Shown here piece after piece: positions 20,310 through 29,694 of a stretch of 64,000 nucleotides of DNA. This DNA is from Nitrospirota bacterium (GTDB taxonomy: Bacteria > Nitrospirota > Thermodesulfovibrionia > Thermodesulfovibrionales > JdFR-85), in NCBI GenBank assembly GCA_015484595.1, contig WFMM01000152.1, positions 3,842 through 67,841 of the forward strand. Reading direction: 5' to 3'. A model generated the notes under the pieces. The model searched no databases and was not told the origin of the DNA. It saw nothing but the letters and a program-made list of their open reading frames with translations. The position numbers and the translations under genes were made by a program. The stretch's first letter is position 1. Every line of letters begins with the position of its first letter.

Positions 20310-21224
20310 CTACTTCTTTTTAATCAGCGGCCCCTTACCCTTCCACATCAGCACTATGGGGCTTGCCACAAATATGGATGAATAGGTTCCCACTGTAATA
20401 CCGAGTATCATGGCAAGGGCAAAATCGTGAATTACTGCCCCTCCAAAAAGGAACAATGCCAGGGCCGCAAGTAATGTGGTTATGGAGGTTATTAGGGTTC
20501 GTGAAAGCACCTCGTTGATGCTTCTGTTGAAGACCGCCTCAAGGGTTTCCTTTGAGATAAATCGGAGGTTTTCCCTGATTCGGTCAAAGACCACTACCGT
20601 ATCTGTTAGGGAATAACCAGCAATAGTTAATAGTGCACTTACGAGCACGAGGTTTATCTCTCTGCCCGTTATGTTGAAGATGCCAAGCACGGCAAGCACA
20701 TCGTGAAAGGTCGCAATGGTGGCTCCAACGCTGAAACGGAACTGAAACCGCCAGGCTATGTAAATCAGAATTCCGATAGTAGCAGCCACAATGGCCCACA
20801 TTGCATCTCTGCGGAGTTTTGAGCCCACCTTAGGTCCAATTTCCATCGTGGAATCTACGGTAATCTTATTGTCTTTAAATCCCTCTTTCAAAGAGCTGAT
20901 TATCCTGTCAGAGATAGCACCAAGCTTTTTTTCTTTTTTCTTTATCTTTACAAGCACCTTGTTCACGGTGGGAAAGTCCTGTAACTCAAAGTCTTTCACT
21001 CCTTTAGATTCAAGCACAGCCCTTACCTGCTGAAGGGTAACAGGCTTTTCGAACTTTAACATCACGGCAGTTCCACCGGCGAAGTCAATACCAAGATTTG
21101 CAGTACCGTTGGCAACCTGTATGATACCAATGATTCCCAGTGCCATCAGTATACCTGATATTAAAAAGGCAATCTTTCTAAACCCCATAAAGTCAATGTT
21201 TGTTTTCTTAACTATCTCAATCAT
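20310..21224 (-). CDS. secF: Protein translocase subunit SecF
   Basis: 304 aa with the typical SecF TM pattern. It overlaps the secD stop by 4 nt. Confidence 0.95.
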   Translation of the reverse strand: MIEIVKKTNIDFMGFRKIAFLISGILMALGIIGIIQVANGTANLGIDFAGGTAVMLKFEKPVTLQQVRAVLESKGVKDFELQDFPTVNKVLVKIKKKEKKLGAISDRIISSLKEGFKDNKITVDSTMEIGPKVGSKLRRDAMWAIVAATIGILIYIAWRFQFRFSVGATIATFHDVLAVLGIFNITGREINLVLVSALLTIAGYSLTDTVVVFDRIRENLRFISKETLEAVFNRSINEVLSRTLITSITTLLAALALFLFGGAVIHDFALAMILGITVGTYSSIFVASPIVLMWKGKGPLIKKK

Positions 21225-22840
21225 ATGCTCAGCTTCTTAACCTCCCTTCTTGAGTTGATGATGTCAAACACGGTCTTGGTACCCACCAGGGCGGTAAAAA
21301 GGTTTATGGCAACACCAAGGCTAAGTGTGACGGCAAACCCCTTTATGGGGCCTGTTCCAAACTGAAACAGAACTGCAGCAGTTATCAGCGTGGTGACATG
21401 AGAGTCAACGATGGTAATGAAGGCCTTGTCGTACCCTGAGTCAACTGCAGCCCTTGGTGTCTTTCCAGCCCTCAACTCCTCCCTCATCCTTTCAAACATG
21501 AGAACATTTGAGTCAACTGCCATACCAACGGCAAGCACAATACCTGCTATGCCTGGCATGGTGAGGGTTGCATTTAGAAATGCCATTGCTCCAAGCAGAA
21601 GTATAACATTAAGAAGCATTGCAAAGTCTGCTATAAGACCTGAAAGCTTATAGTAAAATGCCATGAACAGGGTAACAAGCAGTATTGCAATAATACCAGC
21701 CTTTTTACCAGCCTCTATGGAGTCCCTGCCAAGTGAGGGGCCCACCGTAATGTTTTGTAGGAGCTTCACAGGTGCTGGAAGTGCACCTGCCCTAAGGACA
21801 ATGGCAAGGTCTTTTGCCTCCTCCATGCTGAAAGAGCCGGTTATCTGTGCGCTACCACCAGCGATGCGTTCCCTTATAACCGGGGCTGAATATACATTGT
21901 TATCCAGTATTATTGCAAGCCTCTTCTGAACATATTTGCCCGTTACCTCTTCGAATATCTTTGCACCTGTTTTGTTAAAGGTAAGAGAGACATAGGGCTC
22001 ATTGAACCTCTGGTCAATGGCCACCCTTGCCTCAGAGAGAAGATCACCTGTAAGAAGCACCTCCTTTTTAAGCAAAAAGGGCTTCTTTTTAACCTCTCCT
22101 GTTTCTCTGTTTACAACCCTTTTAAAGAGGATAATGTCATCCTTCGGGATTTTGTCTTTAAATTTCTTGATAACATCCTGTTCTTCACCGGGCATCACAT
22201 AGGCAGGTAACTCAGCAGCCACGGGAGATTCGTCATCCACCAGCCTGAACTCAAGCTGTGCAGTTTTTCCAATAAGCTCTACCGCCCTTTTTGGGTCTTT
22301 GTACCCGGGAAGCTGAACCACTATCTCGTTTGTTCCCTGTCTGTGTATTACGGGCTCTGCCACACCAAACTGGTCAACCCTGTTTCGAATGGTCTCAAGG
22401 GCCTGCTCGGTGGCGTTGTCTTTTATCCGCCTTACCTCTTTGTCGTTAAGCTTAAACACAAGGGCTTTGTCAGAGGGAACCATGTCCAGAGTGGGATAGG
22501 CATCGAGTATTGCCTGCCTGACCTCAGGCTCTTTGCTGGTAACCACAATCCTTGAGTTTTCAACCTTTATATCAGCACGGAGTTTCCTTTTCTTAAGTAT
22601 CTCCTTCAGTCTGTCGGCTATTCTCTCAAGGGTAATCTCCACGGCCCTGTCACCTTCGACCTCAAACACCAGATGCACACCACCCTTCAGATCGAGACCA
22701 AGTGCTATGCCCCTGTTAGGCATGTTGTCCTTCCACCACTGTGGCATGTACTTAAATACGGGTGTGTTGGGAAGAAAAAATACAAAGGCAAGTAAAACTG
22801 TTCCGATTATAAGTGCTACCTTCCATTTTACTTTCTTCAT
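21221..22840 (-). CDS. secD: Protein translocase subunit SecD
   Basis: 539 aa with a large periplasmic domain followed by the C-terminal six-TM SecD core. Confidence 0.95.
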   Translation of the reverse strand: MKKVKWKVALIIGTVLLAFVFFLPNTPVFKYMPQWWKDNMPNRGIALGLDLKGGVHLVFEVEGDRAVEITLERIADRLKEILKKRKLRADIKVENSRIVVTSKEPEVRQAILDAYPTLDMVPSDKALVFKLNDKEVRRIKDNATEQALETIRNRVDQFGVAEPVIHRQGTNEIVVQLPGYKDPKRAVELIGKTAQLEFRLVDDESPVAAELPAYVMPGEEQDVIKKFKDKIPKDDIILFKRVVNRETGEVKKKPFLLKKEVLLTGDLLSEARVAIDQRFNEPYVSLTFNKTGAKIFEEVTGKYVQKRLAIILDNNVYSAPVIRERIAGGSAQITGSFSMEEAKDLAIVLRAGALPAPVKLLQNITVGPSLGRDSIEAGKKAGIIAILLVTLFMAFYYKLSGLIADFAMLLNVILLLGAMAFLNATLTMPGIAGIVLAVGMAVDSNVLMFERMREELRAGKTPRAAVDSGYDKAFITIVDSHVTTLITAAVLFQFGTGPIKGFAVTLSLGVAINLFTALVGTKTVFDIINSRREVKKLSI

Positions 22841-22848
22841 CCTACCTC

Positions 22849-23547
22849 CTACGCCATCCGTGTATTATTAATAAAAAGGTTAAACTCTGACTTCAGCACC
22901 TTTGCTGCCCTGCGGCAGGCCATCATTCTTGAAAGAAATATCTCAAAATACTCTATCACAGGTGACATCCTTGTATCTATAACCAGTGAAAGGATAATCT
23001 TTCTTGCCTCTGGCTCTACTATAAGTTCTGACTTTGTTGCAGCATAATTTACCCTGTCGTGTATGTCCTCAGAGACCATGGAGGGGTTTCTAACCCTGCT
23101 TCTGTGCACATCAGACTTGTCGGCTATCAATAGGGAAGCAGCTATCTCATCCGGAATTGCCCCCTCGCTTTCTTCGTGAACCACAATGGCTGTCATAATC
23201 CTCGTGATGTCTCTGAGTGAAAAACCCACCTCCTCCAGGACCTCCTTTGCAAGTAGGGCGCTCATCTTGTTATGCATGTTACGACCAAGCATATTTCCTA
23301 TATCGTGGAGAAACCCTGCTGCTGCAGCCAGACAGGCAATCCTCTCAGGATAACCTAATTTTTTTATAATCCTATAGGCTGTATTGGAGACAATCTTACA
23401 GTGTCTGAAGCCATGCTCTGTGTAGCCTATGGCCTCAAGATATCTGTCGGCTGCTTCTATGTATAGACGCGCCTTTTCGTTTCTGTACAACCCCTCTATA
23501 TCAGGAAGTGCATCAGTCTTCGTCTGCAGTAGATCTGAGTGTTGCAA
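22849..23547 (-). CDS. HD-domain phosphohydrolase
   Basis: HGFRHC...FLHDIGN provides the H...HD signature. Confidence 0.7.
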   Translation of the reverse strand: MQHSDLLQTKTDALPDIEGLYRNEKARLYIEAADRYLEAIGYTEHGFRHCKIVSNTAYRIIKKLGYPERIACLAAAAGFLHDIGNMLGRNMHNKMSALLAKEVLEEVGFSLRDITRIMTAIVVHEESEGAIPDEIAASLLIADKSDVHRSRVRNPSMVSEDIHDRVNYAATKSELIVEPEARKIILSLVIDTRMSPVIEYFEIFLSRMMACRRAAKVLKSEFNLFINNTRMA

Positions 23548-23854
23548 TGTAGGCCTTCCCCAGTTTTATCTTTGTGTTTTCTGCAATCTTTATGGTAACG
23601 GTCTTTTCTCCTACCGAATCAACCACCCCGTAAATTCCGCCTGAGGTGATCACCTTATCGCCTTTTTTGAGTGAGGCAAGCATCTCCCTGTGTTCCTTTG
23701 CCCTCTTCTGCTGTGGCCTGATCAGCAGAAAGTAGAATATGGCAAAGATGATTATCAGTGGCAGAAAGCTCATAAATACAGACTGCGGTCCACCTGCCTG
23801 CCCTGCCTGCTGTGATGGGGCCATTGCCCATGCAACTGAGTCAAATAACATCAT
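23513..23854 (-). CDS. yajC: Preprotein translocase subunit YajC
   Basis: It has a single TM followed by IRPQQKRAKEH...KKGDKVITSGGIYG. Confidence 0.9.
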   Translation of the reverse strand: MMLFDSVAWAMAPSQQAGQAGGPQSVFMSFLPLIIIFAIFYFLLIRPQQKRAKEHREMLASLKKGDKVITSGGIYGVVDSVGEKTVTIKIAENTKIKLGKAYIATLRSTADED

Positions 23855-23922
23855 TCACCTCCCGGTTTATGTGGAGCCCTCAAGGAGCTCTGACTTTTTG
23901 GCTTTTATTTATAAACTCAAGG

Positions 23923-23988
23923 AACTCAATCAACGCAACGAACGCAATAAACGCGATAAACGCAACAAACGCAATTAACGCAACCAAC
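23923..23988. repeat. 9-bp tandem array, AACGC orientation (about 6-7 units)
   Basis: The array reads aactcaat|caacgcaac|gaacgcaat|aaacgcgat|aaacgcaac|aaacgcaat|taacgcaac|caacc. Confidence 0.8.
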
Positions 23989-24157
23989 CGTCGTAAATTC
24001 GATGAAATTCAGTCTTATATACTACCTATTTCAACAGTTTTTATCAAGTGCTACTCGTTGAGTGTACTAAATGAACAATACCGTCTTTCTTTGACATAAC
24101 ACATATCATTATGTTAAAAAATAAAATTCCAGAAATCTCTTTCTCAAAGGTGCTAAG

Positions 24158-25417
24158 GTGCATTATTTTCGTTACAAAAACAATACACTTTATGCAGAGG
24201 AGGTCTCGGTTGCCTCACTTGCAAAGCAGTACGGCACACCCCTGTACATCTATAGTGCCAGGACTCTCCGTCGCCACATAAAGGCATACACCGATGCATT
24301 AAAAGGTCTCCCCCACATTGTCTGTTACGCAGTGAAGGCAAATTCCAGTGCAGCCATACTCAGGCTACTTGGCTCAATGGGGGCAGGAGCTGATGTGGTC
24401 TCAGGTGGTGAACTCTACAGGGCACTCAGGGCAGGCATACCTGCCCAAAAGGTGGTCTTTGCAGGAGTGGGAAAGACAGACGAAGAGATTGAATATGCCA
24501 TCAAAAAGGGGATCCTCATGTTTAACATAGAGTCCCTTGAGGAGATGGAAAATATAAATCGTATCGCCCAGAGGTTAGGCAAAAGGGCTTCTGTTGCACT
24601 GAGGATAAACCCTGACATCGACCCTGAGACCCATCCATACATATCAACAGGGCTTAAGAAGAACAAGTTTGGCCTCCCCATTGAGAGGGCACTTGAGTTT
24701 TACAGGGAGGCAAGCAGCATGAAGAACCTCAGAGTTGTTGGTATCCACAAACACATAGGCTCACAGATAACGAAGGTAACCCCCTTCGTTGATGCCCTTA
24801 AGAGGGTAATGGTGCTTTTTGACAATCTTAAACAGGAGGGTATTAACATAAAGTATCTGGACATTGGTGGAGGGCTTGGCATTCAGTACAACGACGAAAA
24901 CCCTCCACATCCAAAGGAGCTTGCAAAGAGGATAATACCTGTTATTAAGGGCAGAGACGTCACCCTGATAGTGGAGCCTGGCAGGTCGATTGTAGGAAAT
25001 GCAGGCATCTTTGTAACAAAGGTGTTATATACTAAAGAAGGCGTTGACCGCAGGTTCATAATCGTTGACGGTGGAATGAATGACCTTCTAAGGCCCTCAC
25101 TTTACAATGCCTATCACCACATCATCCCTGTTAAGAGAAGGAGGGTGAAAAAGGTATTTGCAGATGTGGTTGGTCCCATTTGCGAGTCAGGGGACTTCCT
25201 TGCAAAGGGAAGGGAGCTTCCCTCGGTTTCAAGGTCAGACCTCCTTGCAGTGCTAAGTGCCGGGGCCTATGGTTTCAGCATGAGCTCCAATTATAACAGC
25301 CGTCCAAGGCCTGCAGAGGTGCTGGTTGATGGAAACAAACACTACCTGATAAGGAAACGGGAAACCCTTAACGACCTTATCAGAGGAGAAAGGATACCCG
25401 AACACCTGAGGGGATAG
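24158..25417 (+). CDS. lysA: Diaminopimelate decarboxylase (GTG start)
   Basis: 419 aa with the typical LysA sequence (YAVKANS, GGGLGI, EPGRSIV, CESGD). Confidence 0.95.
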   Translation: MHYFRYKNNTLYAEEVSVASLAKQYGTPLYIYSARTLRRHIKAYTDALKGLPHIVCYAVKANSSAAILRLLGSMGAGADVVSGGELYRALRAGIPAQKVVFAGVGKTDEEIEYAIKKGILMFNIESLEEMENINRIAQRLGKRASVALRINPDIDPETHPYISTGLKKNKFGLPIERALEFYREASSMKNLRVVGIHKHIGSQITKVTPFVDALKRVMVLFDNLKQEGINIKYLDIGGGLGIQYNDENPPHPKELAKRIIPVIKGRDVTLIVEPGRSIVGNAGIFVTKVLYTKEGVDRRFIIVDGGMNDLLRPSLYNAYHHIIPVKRRRVKKVFADVVGPICESGDFLAKGRELPSVSRSDLLAVLSAGAYGFSMSSNYNSRPRPAEVLVDGNKHYLIRKRETLNDLIRGERIPEHLRG

Positions 25418-25419
25418 AT

Positions 25420-26307
25420 ATGACCATCAACTTCACCAAGATGCACGGACTTGGAAATGATTTTATCTTAATTGACTCTATAAGTCAGGAGGGGTTAAAC
25501 AATCTGAAGGATGACAGTCTCCGAAAAACCATTGTTTTCCTCTGTAACAGGCGTTTTGGTATAGGTGCTGATCAGCTGCTTATGCTTCTTCCTTCAAAAA
25601 TAGCCGACTTTCGTATGCGGATATTCAATGCCGATGGCTCTGAAGTGGAGATGTGTGGAAACGGGATAAGGTGTTTTGCAAAGTACATATGGGAGCGGGG
25701 AATATCCGAGAAGAACCCCCTTGAGGTTGAAACACTTGCAGGCATTATAAGACCCGAGAAAAAGGGAGAACTCGTGAGGGTTGACATGGGAGAGCCCGAA
25801 TTCAGGCCTGAAAGGATACCTGTGTATGCAGAATATCTCAACAGTGAAAAACTAAAGGAGCCTGACCGGATAATTGGCTATCCCCTTAAGATTGAGGGAA
25901 GGGAGTTTTTGCTTTCCTGTGTTTCAATGGGGAACCCACACTGTGTTATAGTGGTAAACGATACAAAGAGCTTTCCGGTAAGTTATTATGGCCCGTTAAT
26001 TGAAAACCACCAGCTCTTTCCAAATCGCACCAATGTTGAGTTCATAGAAATCATTAGCAGACAGGAGATAAACATGAGGGTCTGGGAGCGAGGTGCTGGT
26101 GAGACCATGGCCTGTGGGACAGGTGCCTCTGCATCAGCCGTGATATCTGCATTAAGGGGACTTACCGACAGAGAGGTGACCGTGCACCTGCTTGGTGGTG
26201 ACCTTCATATTGAATGGGCTCAGGACAATCATGTTTACATGACCGGCCCAGCCACAGCCGTCTTTGACGGAACAATCAATTTGCCCAAAGAGGTAGCAGA
26301 TGCCTGA
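25420..26307 (+). CDS. dapF: Diaminopimelate epimerase
   Basis: FTKMHGLGNDF is present, along with the two catalytic Cys contexts (MCGNG and ACGTG). Confidence 0.95.
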   Translation: MTINFTKMHGLGNDFILIDSISQEGLNNLKDDSLRKTIVFLCNRRFGIGADQLLMLLPSKIADFRMRIFNADGSEVEMCGNGIRCFAKYIWERGISEKNPLEVETLAGIIRPEKKGELVRVDMGEPEFRPERIPVYAEYLNSEKLKEPDRIIGYPLKIEGREFLLSCVSMGNPHCVIVVNDTKSFPVSYYGPLIENHQLFPNRTNVEFIEIISRQEINMRVWERGAGETMACGTGASASAVISALRGLTDREVTVHLLGGDLHIEWAQDNHVYMTGPATAVFDGTINLPKEVADA

Positions 26308-26578
26308 AAGGAGAAGGTTTACGAGGAAGCCTGTAAAAGTAGAGGTTAGATATACAGTTACAGACCTTCAGACCACCTATGCATCTGTGGTTGAGGCAAA
26401 GGGAATAATAGTGGATATTTCCTCAAAGGGCTTTGGCATTGTAACCAGTTATCCTCTTAAAAAGGGACATGTTATAACCATAAGAGAGGGTAAAAGGGAA
26501 GGTCTGCCTGATTACGGAATGGTCAGGTGGTCAGACAGCCATAACAACCTGATAAGGGCAGGATTGACCTTTAGTTGA
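26300..26578 (+). CDS. Single-domain PilZ protein (putative c-di-GMP receptor)
   Basis: 92 aa. RRRFTRKP supplies the RxxxR motif and DISSKG supplies the D/NxSxxG motif. The start overlaps the dapF stop by 8 nt. Confidence 0.7.
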   Translation: MPERRRFTRKPVKVEVRYTVTDLQTTYASVVEAKGIIVDISSKGFGIVTSYPLKKGHVITIREGKREGLPDYGMVRWSDSHNNLIRAGLTFS

Positions 26579-26784
26579 TTCTGATAGGGCGGTTTATCAT
26601 ATAAACATTGTCAGCAAGGAGATTTTAAAGCGAGGTTGTTTGAGGGGCTCTGCCCCTCAAACTCCCCAATATGGTTAAATTATTTATCCTTATTGGGGTT
26701 CCAAAGGGGCGTAGCCCTTTCGAGGCTTCCGCCCCTCAAAAAAAGCCTGTTGAACAGGCTCTAAAACCAAAGGGAGGTAGGACC

Positions 26785-27657
26785 ATGATTCAGGGTTCAA
26801 TAGTTGCAATAGTAACACCCTTTAAAGACGGAAAGGTGGACGAGAAGGCATTTTCTGACCTGATAGAGTGGCACATAGCAGAAGGCACCAATGCAATAGT
26901 ACCCTGTGGAACCACCGGTGAGTCAGCAACACTTGATTACGAGGAGCATTACAATGTAATAAAAATTGCAATAGAGGTGGTCAACAAGAGAGTTCCAGTT
27001 ATTGCTGGCACAGGTGCAAACTCAACAGAAGAGACCATAATGATGACAAAGAAGGCAGAGGAACTGGGAGCAGATGCGGCCTTGCTCGTTGCCCCTTACT
27101 ATAACAAGCCTACTCAGGAGGGCCTTTACAGACACTACAGGGCAGTGGCTGAAAGCGTTGACCTTCCTTTAGTACTATACAATGTCCCTGGAAGAACCGC
27201 AGTAAACATTACGCCCACAACGGTTGCAAGGCTTGCAGAGTTTGAAAACATCGTGGCAATAAAAGAAGCCTCGGCAAACATGCGTCAGGTAAGCGATATC
27301 ATAAGGCTCTGTGGTGACAGGATAACCGTGCTTTCCGGTGACGACTTTACCACATTTCCTTTGATAATGTTAGGTGGTAAAGGCGTCATCTCTGTTTCAG
27401 CCAACATAGTGCCAGCAAAGGTGGCACAGCTATGCCGTCTTGCCAATGAAGGAAAGGTTGAAGAGGCAAGGAAACTGCACTACGAACTCGAGCCCCTCAA
27501 TGCTGCAATGTTTCTTGAAACCAATCCCATTCCAGTAAAAACCGCTCTTTCACTGATGGGAAAGATTAGAGAAGAGTTCCGTCTGCCCCTCTGTGAGATG
27601 TCTGATGCAAACAGGGAAAAACTAAAAGAAGTGCTTAAGGGGTATGGATTGATATAG
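26785..27657 (+). CDS. dapA: 4-hydroxy-tetrahydrodipicolinate synthase
   Basis: I chose the start MIQGSIVAIVTPF because AAGGGAGG sits 7 nt upstream. The track start at 26671 reads through a hairpin-rich leader. The TTGE and YNVP motifs are present. Confidence 0.93.
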   Translation: MIQGSIVAIVTPFKDGKVDEKAFSDLIEWHIAEGTNAIVPCGTTGESATLDYEEHYNVIKIAIEVVNKRVPVIAGTGANSTEETIMMTKKAEELGADAALLVAPYYNKPTQEGLYRHYRAVAESVDLPLVLYNVPGRTAVNITPTTVARLAEFENIVAIKEASANMRQVSDIIRLCGDRITVLSGDDFTTFPLIMLGGKGVISVSANIVPAKVAQLCRLANEGKVEEARKLHYELEPLNAAMFLETNPIPVKTALSLMGKIREEFRLPLCEMSDANREKLKEVLKGYGLI

Positions 27658-27710
27658 CGTTTATCGCGTTAATTGCGTTTATTGCGTTGATAGCGTTAAT
27701 TGAGTTGTTA
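27657..27710. repeat. 9-bp tandem array, GCGTT orientation, starting inside the dapA stop codon
   Basis: The array reads gcgtttatc|gcgttaatt|gcgtttatt|gcgttgata|gcgttaatt|gagttgtta. Confidence 0.85.
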
Positions 27711-27781
27711 TTGAAAACATACTTTAGCTAAAGATAGTCAGGTATGTAGTTTGGAAATTAATATTTAGAGTTTCTTAACTT

Positions 27782-27799
27782 CTCTGTGTTCTCTGTGGT
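27782..27799. repeat. Solo copy of the CTCTGTG 9-bp repeat (two units)
   Basis: ctctgtgtt|ctctgtggt followed by ttt has the same terminus as the right end of the GxxExxY cassette. Confidence 0.6.
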
Positions 27800-27841
27800 T
27801 TTTATATTCTTTGAAATTTATTCATAGTTTCCAATCACGAG

Positions 27842-29638
27842 ATGTCTGTTTATAACGAAAGGCTGGCTGAGGAGGCCAGGAAGGCACCTGACTCGCCAGG
27901 GGTGTACATCTTCAAAGACAAAAGAGAGCGGGTCCTATACATCGGCAAGGCAAAGAATCTGCGTAACAGACTGAAAAGCTATTTCCAGCCCTCAGCAAAA
28001 CTTGATCCCCGACGGCAATCCATGATTAAAAAGGCAGAGAGCCTCTCCTTTATCGTTACTCACACAGAGCTTGAGGCCCTTGCACTTGAGGCAAACCTGA
28101 TAAAGCAAAACCGTCCCAGATACAACATCCTGCTTAGAGATGACAAGAACTACCCCTACCTCAGGCTTTCAAAAAAAGAGCCCTGGCCCACAGTGGAAGT
28201 GGTCAGAAGGATTAAAAAGGATGGTGCCCTGTACTTTGGCCCCTTTATACCAGGCTCTGCAGTCTGGGATACACTTGCCTTTATAAGGAGGCACTTTCAG
28301 ATAAGACCCTGCAGGTACAATCTTGAAAGGGTAAAACGCCCATGCGTTCAATACCAGATGAAGCGTTGCCCTGCTCCCTGTGCCGGAAAGATATCACGCA
28401 AGGAGTACATGGAGCATGTAAAGGAGGTTGAACGATTCTTAAAGGGTGAAAAGCAGGCACTTATAAGGTCCCTTGAAGAGAGGATGTACAGGTTGTCAGA
28501 AGAGTTGAGATTTGAAGAAGCTGCAAAGATAAGGGACCGACTCAATGCAATAAAAAGGGCCTTTGATTCACAGAAGGTGGTATCTCCTGAGCTTGGTAAC
28601 ACCGACATAATCGGACTTTATCAACATGGTAAGCACAGCATGATAAACATCCTAATTGTAAGAAAGGGCCTCATGATAGGAAAAAAGGACTTCTTTCTTA
28701 AAAACACCGGAGGACTCGACCCTTCGGAAATCCTTTCAGATGTGATTAAGTTTTATTACTCCAAGGAGATGGTTTATCCAGCAAAGATAATCCTGAGCAG
28801 TCCACCTGAAGACAAAGAGATACTCCAGAACTGGATAAAGCAGAGGGCAGGGCATGCCGTTTGGATAAGGAAACCAAGAAGGGCCATTGAAAGACAACTC
28901 CTTGATATGGCTGAAGACAATGCCGCAGTGCAGATGAAGAACTACGCTGAGCCCTCTTACCAGGAGGCTTTGAAGGAACTTAAGGAGAGACTGTCCCTGA
29001 GCAGGGTTCCAGAATCCATAGGTGCCTTTGATGTTTCCACCACCTTTGGCACGCAATCAACAGGTGCCTTTGTCTGGTGGGAAGGTGGAGAGTTTGTTAA
29101 GTCACGATACAGGCATCTGAGAATAAAGAGCGTTGAAGGCATTGATGATTACTCAATGATGCAGGAGACCATAAAAAGGGTAACCGGAAGTCTTGATAAC
29201 CTGCCCGACCTCGTTGTAATCGATGGTGGCAGGGGACACCTTGAGGTTGCCCTCAGGGCCTTTGATGAAGTGCTTGACAAAGATACAGAAATTGATATAA
29301 TAGCAGTAGCAAAGGACCCTGACAGGGCTGTTCTTAAAAAGGGGGCTGAGGTGTTGCTTGATGACGGAGGGCATGCATCTTTACTGTTAATCAAGATCAG
29401 AGACGAAGTTCACAGGTTTGCCATATCCTTCCATCGGAAACTAAGGGACAGGGCATTCATGAAGTCTCCTTTGGAGGGGATAAAGGGGATTGGAAAGAAA
29501 AGAAGACTCAATCTGCTTAAGCACTTTGGCTCTGTTGAGGCAATAAGGAGGGCTTCTGTTGAAGAGATTGCATCCGTTAAGGGTATGAACAGAAAGGTTG
29601 CCGAACTCTTAAAGAGGCAATTAAACTCTGATGATTGA
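27842..29638 (+). CDS. uvrC: Excinuclease ABC subunit C
   Basis: 598 aa with an N-terminal GIY-YIG domain (GVYIFKD...LYIGKAKNLRNR), a UVR domain and a C-terminal HhH. Confidence 0.95.
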   Translation: MSVYNERLAEEARKAPDSPGVYIFKDKRERVLYIGKAKNLRNRLKSYFQPSAKLDPRRQSMIKKAESLSFIVTHTELEALALEANLIKQNRPRYNILLRDDKNYPYLRLSKKEPWPTVEVVRRIKKDGALYFGPFIPGSAVWDTLAFIRRHFQIRPCRYNLERVKRPCVQYQMKRCPAPCAGKISRKEYMEHVKEVERFLKGEKQALIRSLEERMYRLSEELRFEEAAKIRDRLNAIKRAFDSQKVVSPELGNTDIIGLYQHGKHSMINILIVRKGLMIGKKDFFLKNTGGLDPSEILSDVIKFYYSKEMVYPAKIILSSPPEDKEILQNWIKQRAGHAVWIRKPRRAIERQLLDMAEDNAAVQMKNYAEPSYQEALKELKERLSLSRVPESIGAFDVSTTFGTQSTGAFVWWEGGEFVKSRYRHLRIKSVEGIDDYSMMQETIKRVTGSLDNLPDLVVIDGGRGHLEVALRAFDEVLDKDTEIDIIAVAKDPDRAVLKKGAEVLLDDGGHASLLLIKIRDEVHRFAISFHRKLRDRAFMKSPLEGIKGIGKKRRLNLLKHFGSVEAIRRASVEEIASVKGMNRKVAELLKRQLNSDD

Positions 29639-29694
29639 TGATATGCCTCCAGATAATGAGACAGGAGTTATGAGAAGAATTTGCAACAACAACT

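Noticed and set aside
23739-24099. ORFs 23739-23978 and 23812-24099 with periodic peptides (NERNKRDKRNKRN; INATNAINAINATNAINATN)
   Set aside because: They are translation artefacts of the 9-bp tandem array, and they partly run antisense to yajC.
24000-24157. Lysine riboswitch (L-box) upstream of lysA, and likewise upstream of dapA at 26579-26784
   Set aside because: I could not find the conserved L-box core words (AGAGGNGC start, GCCGAAG, CTGTCA-type junctions) or a five-helix junction layout. An Infernal scan would be needed to be certain.
26671-26784. 38-aa N-terminal extension of dapA in the track
   Set aside because: The extension translates the hairpin/repeat leader. The conserved DapA N-terminus (MIQGSIVAIVTPF) starts at 26785 with AAGGGAGG upstream.
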